Source of the DNA: Escherichia phage vB_EcoM_EC001
Strand: one strand, 5' to 3'
Sequence record: MN445185.1
Length of the DNA stretch: 64,000 nt
Position numbers and translations under genes: made by a program. Of the stretch, positions 48,754 to 57,707 are shown piece by piece; within the stretch, counting starts at the first letter, position 1; every line of letters begins with the position of its first letter. The notes under the pieces were generated by a model. The model made no database searches. It was given only the letters and a program-made list of their open reading frames with translations, and had not been told where the DNA came from.

Positions 48754-48956
48754 TGATTCCGTCCAGCCCAAAGGAACTCGCTGAGCTACTCGGGGCTAAA
48801 GCGGAATGTCATCCTAATGTGAATCCCGCTACTGGGTTACGTTGGGATGGCACCCTTGCGTCACACGAGGAAATCGGTCTCACCGTCACCTTCCCTAAAC
48901 CTATGCCGAAGCCGCTGCAGTTAGAAGGGCTTGCTTCGCTATACGGTCGGAAGTAG
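48753..48956 (+). CDS. hypothetical small protein (67 aa)
   Basis: TAATG overlap with upstream stop. Confidence 0.4.
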   Translation: MIPSSPKELAELLGAKAECHPNVNPATGLRWDGTLASHEEIGLTVTFPKPMPKPLQLEGLASLYGRK

Positions 48957-48963
48957 TAAACAA

Positions 48964-48998
48964 TGGGGTGGTCTTATGACTGCCCTATTTTTTTTTTG
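48964..48998 (+). terminator. rho-independent terminator (stem with G-U pairs)
   Basis: GGGTGGTC-TTAT-GACTGCCC hairpin followed by a T-tract of ten. Confidence 0.55.
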
Positions 48999-49012
48999 AT
49001 TTTGGAGCTACA

Positions 49013-49555
49013 ATGAAGCAACTTAATACTCTCGGTCAGGACGATATCAAACCGATTCCATCTGATATGAAACGTGAAGACATTATCCGCCACATCAATC
49101 AGATCGGCGACGTGTTTACGTTGTCCATGAAAGCTATACTGGAAGATGCTTTCGAAACCATTGCCGAATATCCGGTTGAGATTATTCCGCACACCATCAA
49201 CGGCTACCAGCGTTTTCTCGACACGATCACCAAAGGTAGTAGCGGTCGTATTATCGCAGGTTTTATCATCCGCTTTAAGTGCCTGTTGCAAGTAGAGCTG
49301 GGCGACGATGTACTCCGTCGGCTGGAACACGAACTCATTAGCATGTCCGCCAACGACATTCTCGCGGCAGAATCAGGGCAAGGTTATAAAGACGGGATGT
49401 CTCTCTGGAAGATTGCCCACCCTGACTTGGGCGATGTTCAACCACCGTCTGAATTCGATGTGCTCGTAACCTATCTGTTATTGCTGCAAATCAAGAACTT
49501 GCTGATTCGTGCCAATGCGCAGCGTGAAATCGATGCTGGCCAACCGAAAAAATAA
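49013..49555 (+). CDS. hypothetical protein (180 aa)
   Basis: ORF with SD GGAGC upstream. Confidence 0.55.
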   Translation: MKQLNTLGQDDIKPIPSDMKREDIIRHINQIGDVFTLSMKAILEDAFETIAEYPVEIIPHTINGYQRFLDTITKGSSGRIIAGFIIRFKCLLQVELGDDVLRRLEHELISMSANDILAAESGQGYKDGMSLWKIAHPDLGDVQPPSEFDVLVTYLLLLQIKNLLIRANAQREIDAGQPKK

Positions 49556-49604
49556 AACGTACCTCTCTCCAAATGGAGAGAGGTAACGCTTGTTTTTTTT
49601 TTGT
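49546..49604. terminator. bidirectional rho-independent terminator
   Basis: CCTCTCTCC-AAAT-GGAGAGAGG hairpin with long T-tract and upstream A-tract, between convergent genes. Confidence 0.8.
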
Positions 49605-49605
49605 C

Positions 49606-50481
49606 TTAGCGCATCTGGTTGGCCATCTGCTCGTCGGAGACAGAGTTGTAACCACCTGGGGTTGCGTTGACGTCCGGGTTGATACCGTCGGTCTGCTGAG
49701 ACGGAGTAAGCCACAGTTTGCGTTCGTAAGGACGCAGACCGTACAGCTTCATACGATCCAGCTCTTTCGCAGCGGCCTGCATCGGACCCCAACCTGTCCA
49801 TTGCTGGGAGGTAAAGGCGATTGACAGTTCGTTAATCTGCGGACCAGTGTTGGTTTCACGCTCACCGATATCCTGACCGGCGGTTTCCGGAATCATGTTC
49901 GTTAACCACCACGCATTCTGCGGTTTACGCTGATATGCATCCGGTTCGATGAACAGCACGGTCATGCTGTACATATCCGGCAGGTGGTCAGGAACGTTCG
50001 GGTTGATTGCGGCCAGGCCTGGGTGACCAGTCTGGGGATCGCAAACACCGTAAACCAGCCACGCCCACAGCATGTTCTGGTACACCTTCCCGAGTTTATC
50101 CGGGGTGGTGAAGGTAACAGAGGACAGTGCTTCCGTTACCAGACCAGCTTCATACTGGGTGCGGTTGTTACGGCCCTGCTGAGTTTCAACAGCCGCATGG
50201 CTCAGGGTTTTATCCAGGCCAGTAATCTCGGAGTGAACCTCGATAAAGGACTTGATAGCCTGACGCCACATCTGCGGGTTCGGCATGTAATCCACCCAAC
50301 GAGGGAATTCCATGACGCGCGCAATGACATTACGACGCAGACGAGAGGCGTTAGTAACGAACTTGCCAACCTGTCCAACCGGGCCGTTTTGGCCCGAGGA
50401 GAACGCGTTGACCATATCGTACTGGCCGCCGTCGACGTGCAGACCCTGATCAGGCAAAATGAGACGATCTTTGATTGCCAT
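49606..50481 (-). CDS. hypothetical structural protein (291 aa), possible tail tube
   Basis: ORF directly downstream of the 681-aa gene; function inferred only from size and order. Confidence 0.3.
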   Translation of the reverse strand: MAIKDRLILPDQGLHVDGGQYDMVNAFSSGQNGPVGQVGKFVTNASRLRRNVIARVMEFPRWVDYMPNPQMWRQAIKSFIEVHSEITGLDKTLSHAAVETQQGRNNRTQYEAGLVTEALSSVTFTTPDKLGKVYQNMLWAWLVYGVCDPQTGHPGLAAINPNVPDHLPDMYSMTVLFIEPDAYQRKPQNAWWLTNMIPETAGQDIGERETNTGPQINELSIAFTSQQWTGWGPMQAAAKELDRMKLYGLRPYERKLWLTPSQQTDGINPDVNATPGGYNSVSDEQMANQMR

Positions 50482-50484
50482 CTA

Positions 50485-52530
50485 TTAGCTCTCCCGACGG
50501 TAAACTTTGATAGTGGTGTTGAACTGGGTGAGCAGCACACCGCCTTCAGCGATCAGGTCCAGCGTCACAGAGTAACCATTGGATTTATCGTCTGCAGTGA
50601 AGTACGCCTTCGGAGTGACGACAGCAACGTTATCGAGACGGCCTTCCAGACGTTCGATAATTTTGTTCTCAATCATCTTCGCACGTTCATCATCCGTCAT
50701 GGCCGCTTCGCCAGACATGTCCGCCCATACACGGTCGGAAACACGATAGACGTAGGTCATCATGAAGTTGAACAGGGCGTTGTTCAGTACAGAACGATCT
50801 TCGCTGTAGATTGACTGAATCGCCGGAATGAACAAGCGATAGTAGTCGTAGGAACGGGCAGTGATCAGCGACACATCCCAGTCAGACGCATACACTTCGT
50901 TGCCTTTCCACGGCATACTCAGGTCAGTCAGATCTTCGATAATCGTCAGTTCGCCACGGCTGAAACGATAAGCCGGTTTTGCACGACCGTCGCCTGCACC
51001 CAGGTACTTCGAGAAGAAGTTCGCCAGGGAGTAGTTCATCGGAACAGGCTTCTTGTAGGAAGAGTTCTTGATGAACGCCGATTGGCCGGTGACCATACCA
51101 CGTGCAGCCGGAGTGCCGTAATAGGCAGATTCCGGTACCGCTGTGATCAATTCGATCAGGGCGATTTTTGCACTTTCTTCTGTCTGCTCATCGTTACGGC
51201 CTTGGCTGTAAACGTGAGTCGCCAGCGTCAAGAAGGTGTTACGTGAACGACCGATGAAGTTCACGAGCGCAGCTTTAGTATCGAAGCTAAAGCCAGAGTC
51301 CCAGAAACAACCCAGCGAGTATTTCAGCTCGTTGTCGTAACGGACTTTACCGCCATCCGGGAACAGCAGCATTTCACGGCGAACGAGTTCGTCGTAAACG
51401 TCGTTGTTCATGGTACCATCGCTACCACCTTGCAGGTAGTGGATGTTGGATGCGGAGAACACAACTTTACCGGTTTCAGTAGCCGGGTTTACCTGAAGAC
51501 CATCGTAAGGCTGGCCCAGTAAATCATAGCCGCCAAAGATGTCAACCATATACGGGTCAGCAGGCGCATCAGTTGTGATAGCGGCCTGAGCCAAGCCCAG
51601 TACAGTTTCCAGGTTCTCGCGATACAGATAGAACTGCTCGAAAGGACCATAATCTGGCAGCTCGCCAATGTCAGGCATCGTCTGACGATATGCATCCGCA
51701 ACAACAACTTCGAAGTCGAGTTGCGTTCTCATCGGCTGATAGTATGCATCGGGCTTAAAGCTAAAATTGATGCTACTCATGCCAGTGAGAGTTTTCCACA
51801 CTACCGGAGAAGTCACGCCTGCCAGGGTTTCGAACCATTGCAGGGTGTAAACACGACCACCGACTTCATTTTGATAGGAGGAGGTCAGAGCCGGGCTGGA
51901 TTTCTCGCTGAGTGGGATCATTTTGAAACCGAAACCGTTGACGTCAGCACCCGCATACGGGCCTGCGATATCGAACAACGGATACAGCTTCGATTTCGTG
52001 CCGCCTTCGCCAGTCATCGTCCCGTCGATAACCACACCTGCGCCGATGGCCGGGGTAGTTTCGTCGATTACGACAGAACGGAAGACGATTACCAAACCGT
52101 CAACTTGTTCTTTGATCTTGGGCTTGCCCGAGTTGTCGTACTGAACGATCCCGTTGCTGTCGCGTTCGTAGGACGGAACTTTCGTTTCGAGTACGTCGGC
52201 GAATACGCGAACACTTGCGGTTTTCGCATCTTCAGGGATCAAGCGCTGATACATACACTCGTTTGCGTTAGCGTTCAACATCGCCTGATAGGGCGTGTTG
52301 AACGTCGCGTAGGGGCCTCGCAAGTCAAAGACATTGCGACCAAGCAGAGACAGTGCATTATCCCCGGTTAACGGGAACGCCTCGTTGTCTACCCCGCGCG
52401 CGGCAAAGGTGAAGATCAGCGGCTTATGAATTGCGTCACCCGTAGGGGTACGCACAAGCTCGGGGACAGAGTTATCCTGCCAACCTTGCTTGTTATTCAA
52501 CGGCGCGCCGTTTCGTGGAATAAAAGTCAT
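50485..52530 (-). CDS. hypothetical structural protein (681 aa), possible tail sheath or large capsid protein
   Basis: Long ORF adjacent to the terminase-side structural block; no diagnostic motif, assignment by size and context. Confidence 0.3.
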   Translation of the reverse strand: MTFIPRNGAPLNNKQGWQDNSVPELVRTPTGDAIHKPLIFTFAARGVDNEAFPLTGDNALSLLGRNVFDLRGPYATFNTPYQAMLNANANECMYQRLIPEDAKTASVRVFADVLETKVPSYERDSNGIVQYDNSGKPKIKEQVDGLVIVFRSVVIDETTPAIGAGVVIDGTMTGEGGTKSKLYPLFDIAGPYAGADVNGFGFKMIPLSEKSSPALTSSYQNEVGGRVYTLQWFETLAGVTSPVVWKTLTGMSSINFSFKPDAYYQPMRTQLDFEVVVADAYRQTMPDIGELPDYGPFEQFYLYRENLETVLGLAQAAITTDAPADPYMVDIFGGYDLLGQPYDGLQVNPATETGKVVFSASNIHYLQGGSDGTMNNDVYDELVRREMLLFPDGGKVRYDNELKYSLGCFWDSGFSFDTKAALVNFIGRSRNTFLTLATHVYSQGRNDEQTEESAKIALIELITAVPESAYYGTPAARGMVTGQSAFIKNSSYKKPVPMNYSLANFFSKYLGAGDGRAKPAYRFSRGELTIIEDLTDLSMPWKGNEVYASDWDVSLITARSYDYYRLFIPAIQSIYSEDRSVLNNALFNFMMTYVYRVSDRVWADMSGEAAMTDDERAKMIENKIIERLEGRLDNVAVVTPKAYFTADDKSNGYSVTLDLIAEGGVLLTQFNTTIKVYRRES

Positions 52531-52587
52531 GGAACGTCTCCATATATTCGTCTTAAAGACCTGATGGTCATACTAAGGATCATACTC

Positions 52588-53493
52588 ATGGCACTCGAAA
52601 ACGCTTACAGCGGTAATCCCTTTAATGCACTTGACCTTACTCGCACCAAGGCAGACCTGGAATTAGCCCGTAAACTTAACCAAACTGTCTCACAGTCCGA
52701 TGAAGTTCATTACGTTGTTGAGACCGCTGATGTAAAACCGTTTCCTTTGCCGATTGTTATCGGCGACGACGTTTATGTATACGCAGCCACGTTTACCACG
52801 CTGGATAAGACCAACGAGCTAAAAATACGAAACCCAGTCGAACACGCATTGCGTCTCGACCAGGCTCGCTGGGAATTGGTGTGGAAACGGAGTAATGGTA
52901 AGCTTGCTGCACTGATGGCACAGATGCCCTACCACCATGAGATTTTCAGCAAATGGGTGTCGGATGCGATTACCCACACGTTTGCACTTGCTCCATATCA
53001 AAGTGGGCAAATCAAAGCGTTGGCTGCATTGTTCTCTGTGGGACAGTTCTATAATCACGTCGAAGATGATGTGAAAGCTTTACGTTTGCAGCAGATGCTG
53101 GAGCAACAATTAGGCTTACCTGCGGAACTGTTTGAATCAGTGACAGGCCACACAGAATATCTTTTCCCGCGTAATATCGCAGAATTCGTCGAAATGGTGC
53201 AGGCTGCAGATATCACTCCGCGGGTGCGTGACCTGAGCATTCTGTCTCTGCAGCAGATGTTGAATACCAGCTTCTTCGGGGTGAGTTATGAAAAACAACT
53301 CGCTACCAGCGCCATCGAATATCCGCCTAGTCTCTTCGTTATGATTAAGGCTTGTCTGGATAATAACATGTTTAACCGCAGTCGGTTAGGTGGGATTGTG
53401 AAGAAGTCAGACACCGCTAAGAAACGCGATAAGTTTGAATTCACCTACAACCTTCTGATGAATCAAAACACCAAACCACTGAACATCAAGTAA
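52588..53493 (+). CDS. hypothetical protein (301 aa)
   Basis: ATG at 52588 with SD TAAGGA; track ORF from 52426 would overlap the divergent gene start. Confidence 0.55.
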   Translation: MALENAYSGNPFNALDLTRTKADLELARKLNQTVSQSDEVHYVVETADVKPFPLPIVIGDDVYVYAATFTTLDKTNELKIRNPVEHALRLDQARWELVWKRSNGKLAALMAQMPYHHEIFSKWVSDAITHTFALAPYQSGQIKALAALFSVGQFYNHVEDDVKALRLQQMLEQQLGLPAELFESVTGHTEYLFPRNIAEFVEMVQAADITPRVRDLSILSLQQMLNTSFFGVSYEKQLATSAIEYPPSLFVMIKACLDNNMFNRSRLGGIVKKSDTAKKRDKFEFTYNLLMNQNTKPLNIK

Positions 53494-53503
53494 GAGGCCC
53501 ACT

Positions 53504-56017
53504 ATGGAGAACTGGCTGGTCGCTCACGCCGTTAAAAATGCGTGGCAGCGTCCGTACCTCGATGGGGTGTTGAACATTGCGCCTTTTCGATTAACTGAAA
53601 AGACCGGAGCGATCGGGTTTTTCAAGCACGGGCGTAATCCGATTCCTTTACCGGGCGAGGGGTGGTGGCACGCGTTTGTAATTGACAAGCTCCACCTCAA
53701 CTACGGCAACTTGAGTATCCCTCCTGAGCGCTGGAAGAAACTTACTACGTGTGTAAATAACTTCCATGCGTGGATGCAGGTGTACAACGAAGATGGGACA
53801 ATTATCCCGTCGAACTCTGTGTATTTCTGGCGGACACTCTCTGGTCAGATTTACATGGCGATTCCGCAAACGGAACGCTACAAGTGGTTAGACGACACAC
53901 CATGTTATCTACGCATTTATGCCGGTAATGATGGCGGCGAAAACGCTCCTGTTGTTAAACCGACATTCATCGAACCGTATAATCCGCCGAACCCACAACA
54001 GATCCAGATCGTCTTAGACCGTTATAATCTGTTGAAAGGCCAGAAAATCGGCTATGTCGATTTCTGGGTAAACGGAAAGATGATTGCTAATCCTAAGCCC
54101 GCGGATATCAAAGCATGGGATGATGTTGAAATTCGTGTCGACGGCCGCATTCGTCGTGTAATTGAATACCGTTGTGGGGATTTGCAAACGTTCTACTCAA
54201 CGCTTGACCAAACACGAAAATACCTGCTGCACATTCCAAAAGGGGATGGCATTTGGATTTTCAACAACGACTGTGAAATTCAGTTGTTGTGGAAAGGCGA
54301 AGGGCGTTACTACCACCGCCACCGTCATCAGGCCGTGCGTCAATTGACGTGGAACGATATATCGATTCCGTCGATGCGGATTTCGAAATACCGCACCGCT
54401 TTCACTAACCCAATGAATGATATCGACGAACTAACGATTCGTTTATTGATACGTGACGATTTCCTTGACCTGAAGCCACTGTATAACTCCACCCACACGC
54501 ACGACCTCTATCGTCTTAGTGACGAGCAGATCATCGGTGCGATGGTGGGGGCAAACTCCAACGTACCAGAGTGGACCGCAGCAGCGCTCGAGGAATCGGC
54601 AGCGAATCGGTTAGCGGCAGCCAAACTCCGGAACATCACACGCGATCTCTGCACTGATGCGTACGGCTACAATGCCGCCGCACGTTACAGTGCCGACACT
54701 CCACAGCGTCTGGAACTTACATCCGGTGGCTATCGCGGTACCTTGCCCGACTTACTGGCAACGCTGTCAACTGTATACGAGTACGATGCCGATGGGTTGC
54801 TGTTAGAACATCACCGTAATGCAGGCTACGATGTTTACATCCCTCGCAATCCAGAAGCACGAATCATCGAGGCTATTGCGGGTGAAGTCTCGGATGCGGT
54901 GAAGATTGTTGACAACGCTCCTGACTTTGAAATTGAGCCAGGTTCAAACGTTGGGCTGTGGATTCGAATGGTCATCGGGGAAGTTCCAACCAACGACTAC
55001 TACAAAGCCGAGGAAGGAACGGATTATACTCGCGACGGAAATAAAATCACCTGGACCGTAGATCGGACACGACGTCACCCGACAGTGATTTACGACGACT
55101 TCCATCTGTTCTTCGAAGTGGATGTTAAGGTGTCGGAAGGCCAGATACGTATTCCGATTGTAGCACGCAACCAAGACGGGCAGCAGCGCACGCTGTGGCT
55201 ACCGATGGAAACGGTTGAAGTATGGTTGAACAACCACCCACTGGTGCACGGTATCGATTACCACACCCGCTGGCCGGAAATTGTGGTGGTTTGTAAAGCG
55301 TGGATGGCGGACGGGGATACAAATAAAGTCTCGGTGCGTTGTCGTGGTGTGACCGGTGAACTCCGTATTCCTAAACATGGTTTCGTGTCAAGCGGACTGC
55401 TGTCTAATAACAGCCAGTTTGATTGCCGTGACGACAAAGTGATTCGTGTCGTGGGTGGCGGTTCACTGCTATTGCGTGACGAAGTCGTGTTCCGTGAAGA
55501 CAACACTGTAGGTGTTGACATCGTGCAAGACGGGTTCCCATACTCGGTCGACGATCCGACTATTCCGTTGCGGACGCTGGTAAGCGGCGATACGTACGAC
55601 TTGCGCGACACTGCCCGTGATTTGGACACACGCGTCGAGGCTTACCTGTCTAACTGGTTCCCGACACCTCCGCCGGTTAACCCGGTACCGTTGCCGTATC
55701 TGTATCACCTCTATTCGCCAACCCTGAACAAAATCTTGTGGGACTACTTGCAAGGTATTCTGATTCTGCGGGAAGACGATCCAGAGTATCGTATCTCGAC
55801 GTCACAGCTGGATGACATCATGGAGCGTTATAAAGACCTCCTCCCGTTTGACCCGGCCTACATCGGTTACGATAAAGCGTTTGTGAAACTGCATCCGCAC
55901 GTGAAGTACGAAACGGTAGAAATCAACGAACTTGGCTTTGCCTTCTTAGACCGCGTCAATGAACGTTATCTGAATGGCGAAGTGCAGCTTAATCAGTATC
56001 TGATAATCAAGGGTTAA
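53504..56017 (+). CDS. hypothetical large protein (837 aa), possibly virion-associated
   Basis: Long ORF in the block upstream of the terminase. Confidence 0.6.
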   Translation: MENWLVAHAVKNAWQRPYLDGVLNIAPFRLTEKTGAIGFFKHGRNPIPLPGEGWWHAFVIDKLHLNYGNLSIPPERWKKLTTCVNNFHAWMQVYNEDGTIIPSNSVYFWRTLSGQIYMAIPQTERYKWLDDTPCYLRIYAGNDGGENAPVVKPTFIEPYNPPNPQQIQIVLDRYNLLKGQKIGYVDFWVNGKMIANPKPADIKAWDDVEIRVDGRIRRVIEYRCGDLQTFYSTLDQTRKYLLHIPKGDGIWIFNNDCEIQLLWKGEGRYYHRHRHQAVRQLTWNDISIPSMRISKYRTAFTNPMNDIDELTIRLLIRDDFLDLKPLYNSTHTHDLYRLSDEQIIGAMVGANSNVPEWTAAALEESAANRLAAAKLRNITRDLCTDAYGYNAAARYSADTPQRLELTSGGYRGTLPDLLATLSTVYEYDADGLLLEHHRNAGYDVYIPRNPEARIIEAIAGEVSDAVKIVDNAPDFEIEPGSNVGLWIRMVIGEVPTNDYYKAEEGTDYTRDGNKITWTVDRTRRHPTVIYDDFHLFFEVDVKVSEGQIRIPIVARNQDGQQRTLWLPMETVEVWLNNHPLVHGIDYHTRWPEIVVVCKAWMADGDTNKVSVRCRGVTGELRIPKHGFVSSGLLSNNSQFDCRDDKVIRVVGGGSLLLRDEVVFREDNTVGVDIVQDGFPYSVDDPTIPLRTLVSGDTYDLRDTARDLDTRVEAYLSNWFPTPPPVNPVPLPYLYHLYSPTLNKILWDYLQGILILREDDPEYRISTSQLDDIMERYKDLLPFDPAYIGYDKAFVKLHPHVKYETVEINELGFAFLDRVNERYLNGEVQLNQYLIIKG

Positions 56018-56019
56018 TC

Positions 56020-57663
56020 ATGGCGAAGATTGCGTCCAAATTAATCGACAAGGATCGCGGGTTCGAAGTCTGGGACCCGAGTGAATTGTACGAACCAAAC
56101 AAACCAACAGGTTACGTACCTAACCCACGCGACCTCATCGTGAACGACATGACCTCCGGATTTGACCGTGTGGTTAGCGTAAACTATTCGGTACCGTCGT
56201 GGGAAACAGAACCGTTCGGCGGCGTTGGTGTGGCAAACCAAGACGGGCGTCTTAATGGCCACTACCCATTACGCTCTGACAGATATCGCGTCTACGTGGA
56301 CAGCACCAAACTTCCACCGACGATGGTTATCGATGATGCCGTCACTTTCAACGGTCCCGATATCGACGGTGTGCGTATCTTGCGTGGGTCATCTGTAAAC
56401 GATGATGCGGAAATCCTGTCTGGTTATTACAAAGACGGGGTTCTGAAAAAGAACTATCTGCCGGTGCAGACTATCAGTGCGGCTGACGCAGAAACTGTGG
56501 TGAAGCAAGCGATTCCTGGGAGCTGTCTGGCTGAAGTCAGTAACGGCGAAGAGTGTACCTTCCTGGTTTACTCTGACACCGGTAACGTTGTTCAGATCGC
56601 TCACGGTCACATCATCAAGACCAATCTGGTGATGGCGCAAGAGACTCCGTCTCGCACTGTGCTAGGTATTAAACTGGTTTCACCGTTCCTGGTAGACGAC
56701 AATGGTACTACGCTGACGCTGCCGATTAACATCCCGCTGGAATCTATTCCGCTGTGGTGTGACATCCAGTACAGCGACGGAACCAAACGCCTACCTATCG
56801 ATGGTTCGCGTGTGAAGTTTAACGGTCTGCGTAACTCTGGTGCTCACGACACATTCTACATTGCGTCAAACGCCGGTAATGAGTTACCTTGCCAGTTAAG
56901 CTATCAGTTGGCTCGCGGTGAAACCTACGGTGGTACTGACATTGTTAAAGATACAATTGTCAAAGACTACACCGCTGTAACCGAAACAGTCGATGGTGCT
57001 TATTCCATGAAGCTGTTTGTGGTTCCGCGTTGGTTGGATGCGAACCGTGGCTATCGTCTGTCGTTCCTGTTGTACAACCTGACTCGCGGCCAAGTCTACG
57101 ACGCGACCGCAAACATCCAGTACACCACAGGGACTACTTTCGACCCACTATTGATGGGTGTGAAACAGCGTCTGAATGTGCAGGTGGATATCAGCAAAGT
57201 AAATCCACAATTCCGCGCATTCATCCAGGCGCAGTCTTTCGCCATCACGTTAGTGAACCCAGGTAACGAGTTGAATACCAACTTCCTTATCGAATACCTG
57301 CCTGATGGGCTGGTCTACGGTAATGAAATTTGGGCGGAGTTCAAATACTCTAACGTCAACTACTCCACGCTGAACCTTCGTTGTGGTTGTGCCTCTAAAG
57401 CCGAGTGGCTTAAAGCGTTGTACGAGCCGGTTTATCCACTCTACGATCGTCGTAATGAATCTGAGGCTCCCGAGCCTACACACTTTGAGGTGCATGTCGG
57501 TGGTAAGGTTTACACCCACAGCATCGATGAGTGGTTAAATGAGCAAACGGTAGATTATCGTATCGCTCTGGACGATTCGTTAGTTATTCGCTGGATTCGT
57601 CGCACTCCTACGGATACGCTTAACCTCGCGGCTACGCCAATGCTGGCGCACCACATCGAGTAA
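56020..57663 (+). CDS. hypothetical protein (547 aa), possibly virion-associated
   Basis: Long ORF immediately after upstream stop. Confidence 0.6.
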   Translation: MAKIASKLIDKDRGFEVWDPSELYEPNKPTGYVPNPRDLIVNDMTSGFDRVVSVNYSVPSWETEPFGGVGVANQDGRLNGHYPLRSDRYRVYVDSTKLPPTMVIDDAVTFNGPDIDGVRILRGSSVNDDAEILSGYYKDGVLKKNYLPVQTISAADAETVVKQAIPGSCLAEVSNGEECTFLVYSDTGNVVQIAHGHIIKTNLVMAQETPSRTVLGIKLVSPFLVDDNGTTLTLPINIPLESIPLWCDIQYSDGTKRLPIDGSRVKFNGLRNSGAHDTFYIASNAGNELPCQLSYQLARGETYGGTDIVKDTIVKDYTAVTETVDGAYSMKLFVVPRWLDANRGYRLSFLLYNLTRGQVYDATANIQYTTGTTFDPLLMGVKQRLNVQVDISKVNPQFRAFIQAQSFAITLVNPGNELNTNFLIEYLPDGLVYGNEIWAEFKYSNVNYSTLNLRCGCASKAEWLKALYEPVYPLYDRRNESEAPEPTHFEVHVGGKVYTHSIDEWLNEQTVDYRIALDDSLVIRWIRRTPTDTLNLAATPMLAHHIE

Positions 57664-57671
57664 CAAACCTT

Positions 57672-57695
57672 CCTCCACCCCTTCGGGGGTGGAGG
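57672..57695 (+). terminator. stable GC hairpin without U-tract (attenuator or processing/stability element)
   Basis: CCTCCACCCC-TTCG-GGGGTGGAGG perfect 10-bp stem; right arm overlaps the terminase SD region. Confidence 0.4.
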
Positions 57696-57707
57696 TATGG
57701 AGATTGT

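Noticed and set aside
50485-52530. Assigning the 681-aa protein as a phage-nucleus shell protein or tubulin
   Set aside because: No tubulin GGGTGSG signature anywhere in the window and no basis to distinguish a shell protein from sheath or capsid by eye; left as a generic structural candidate.
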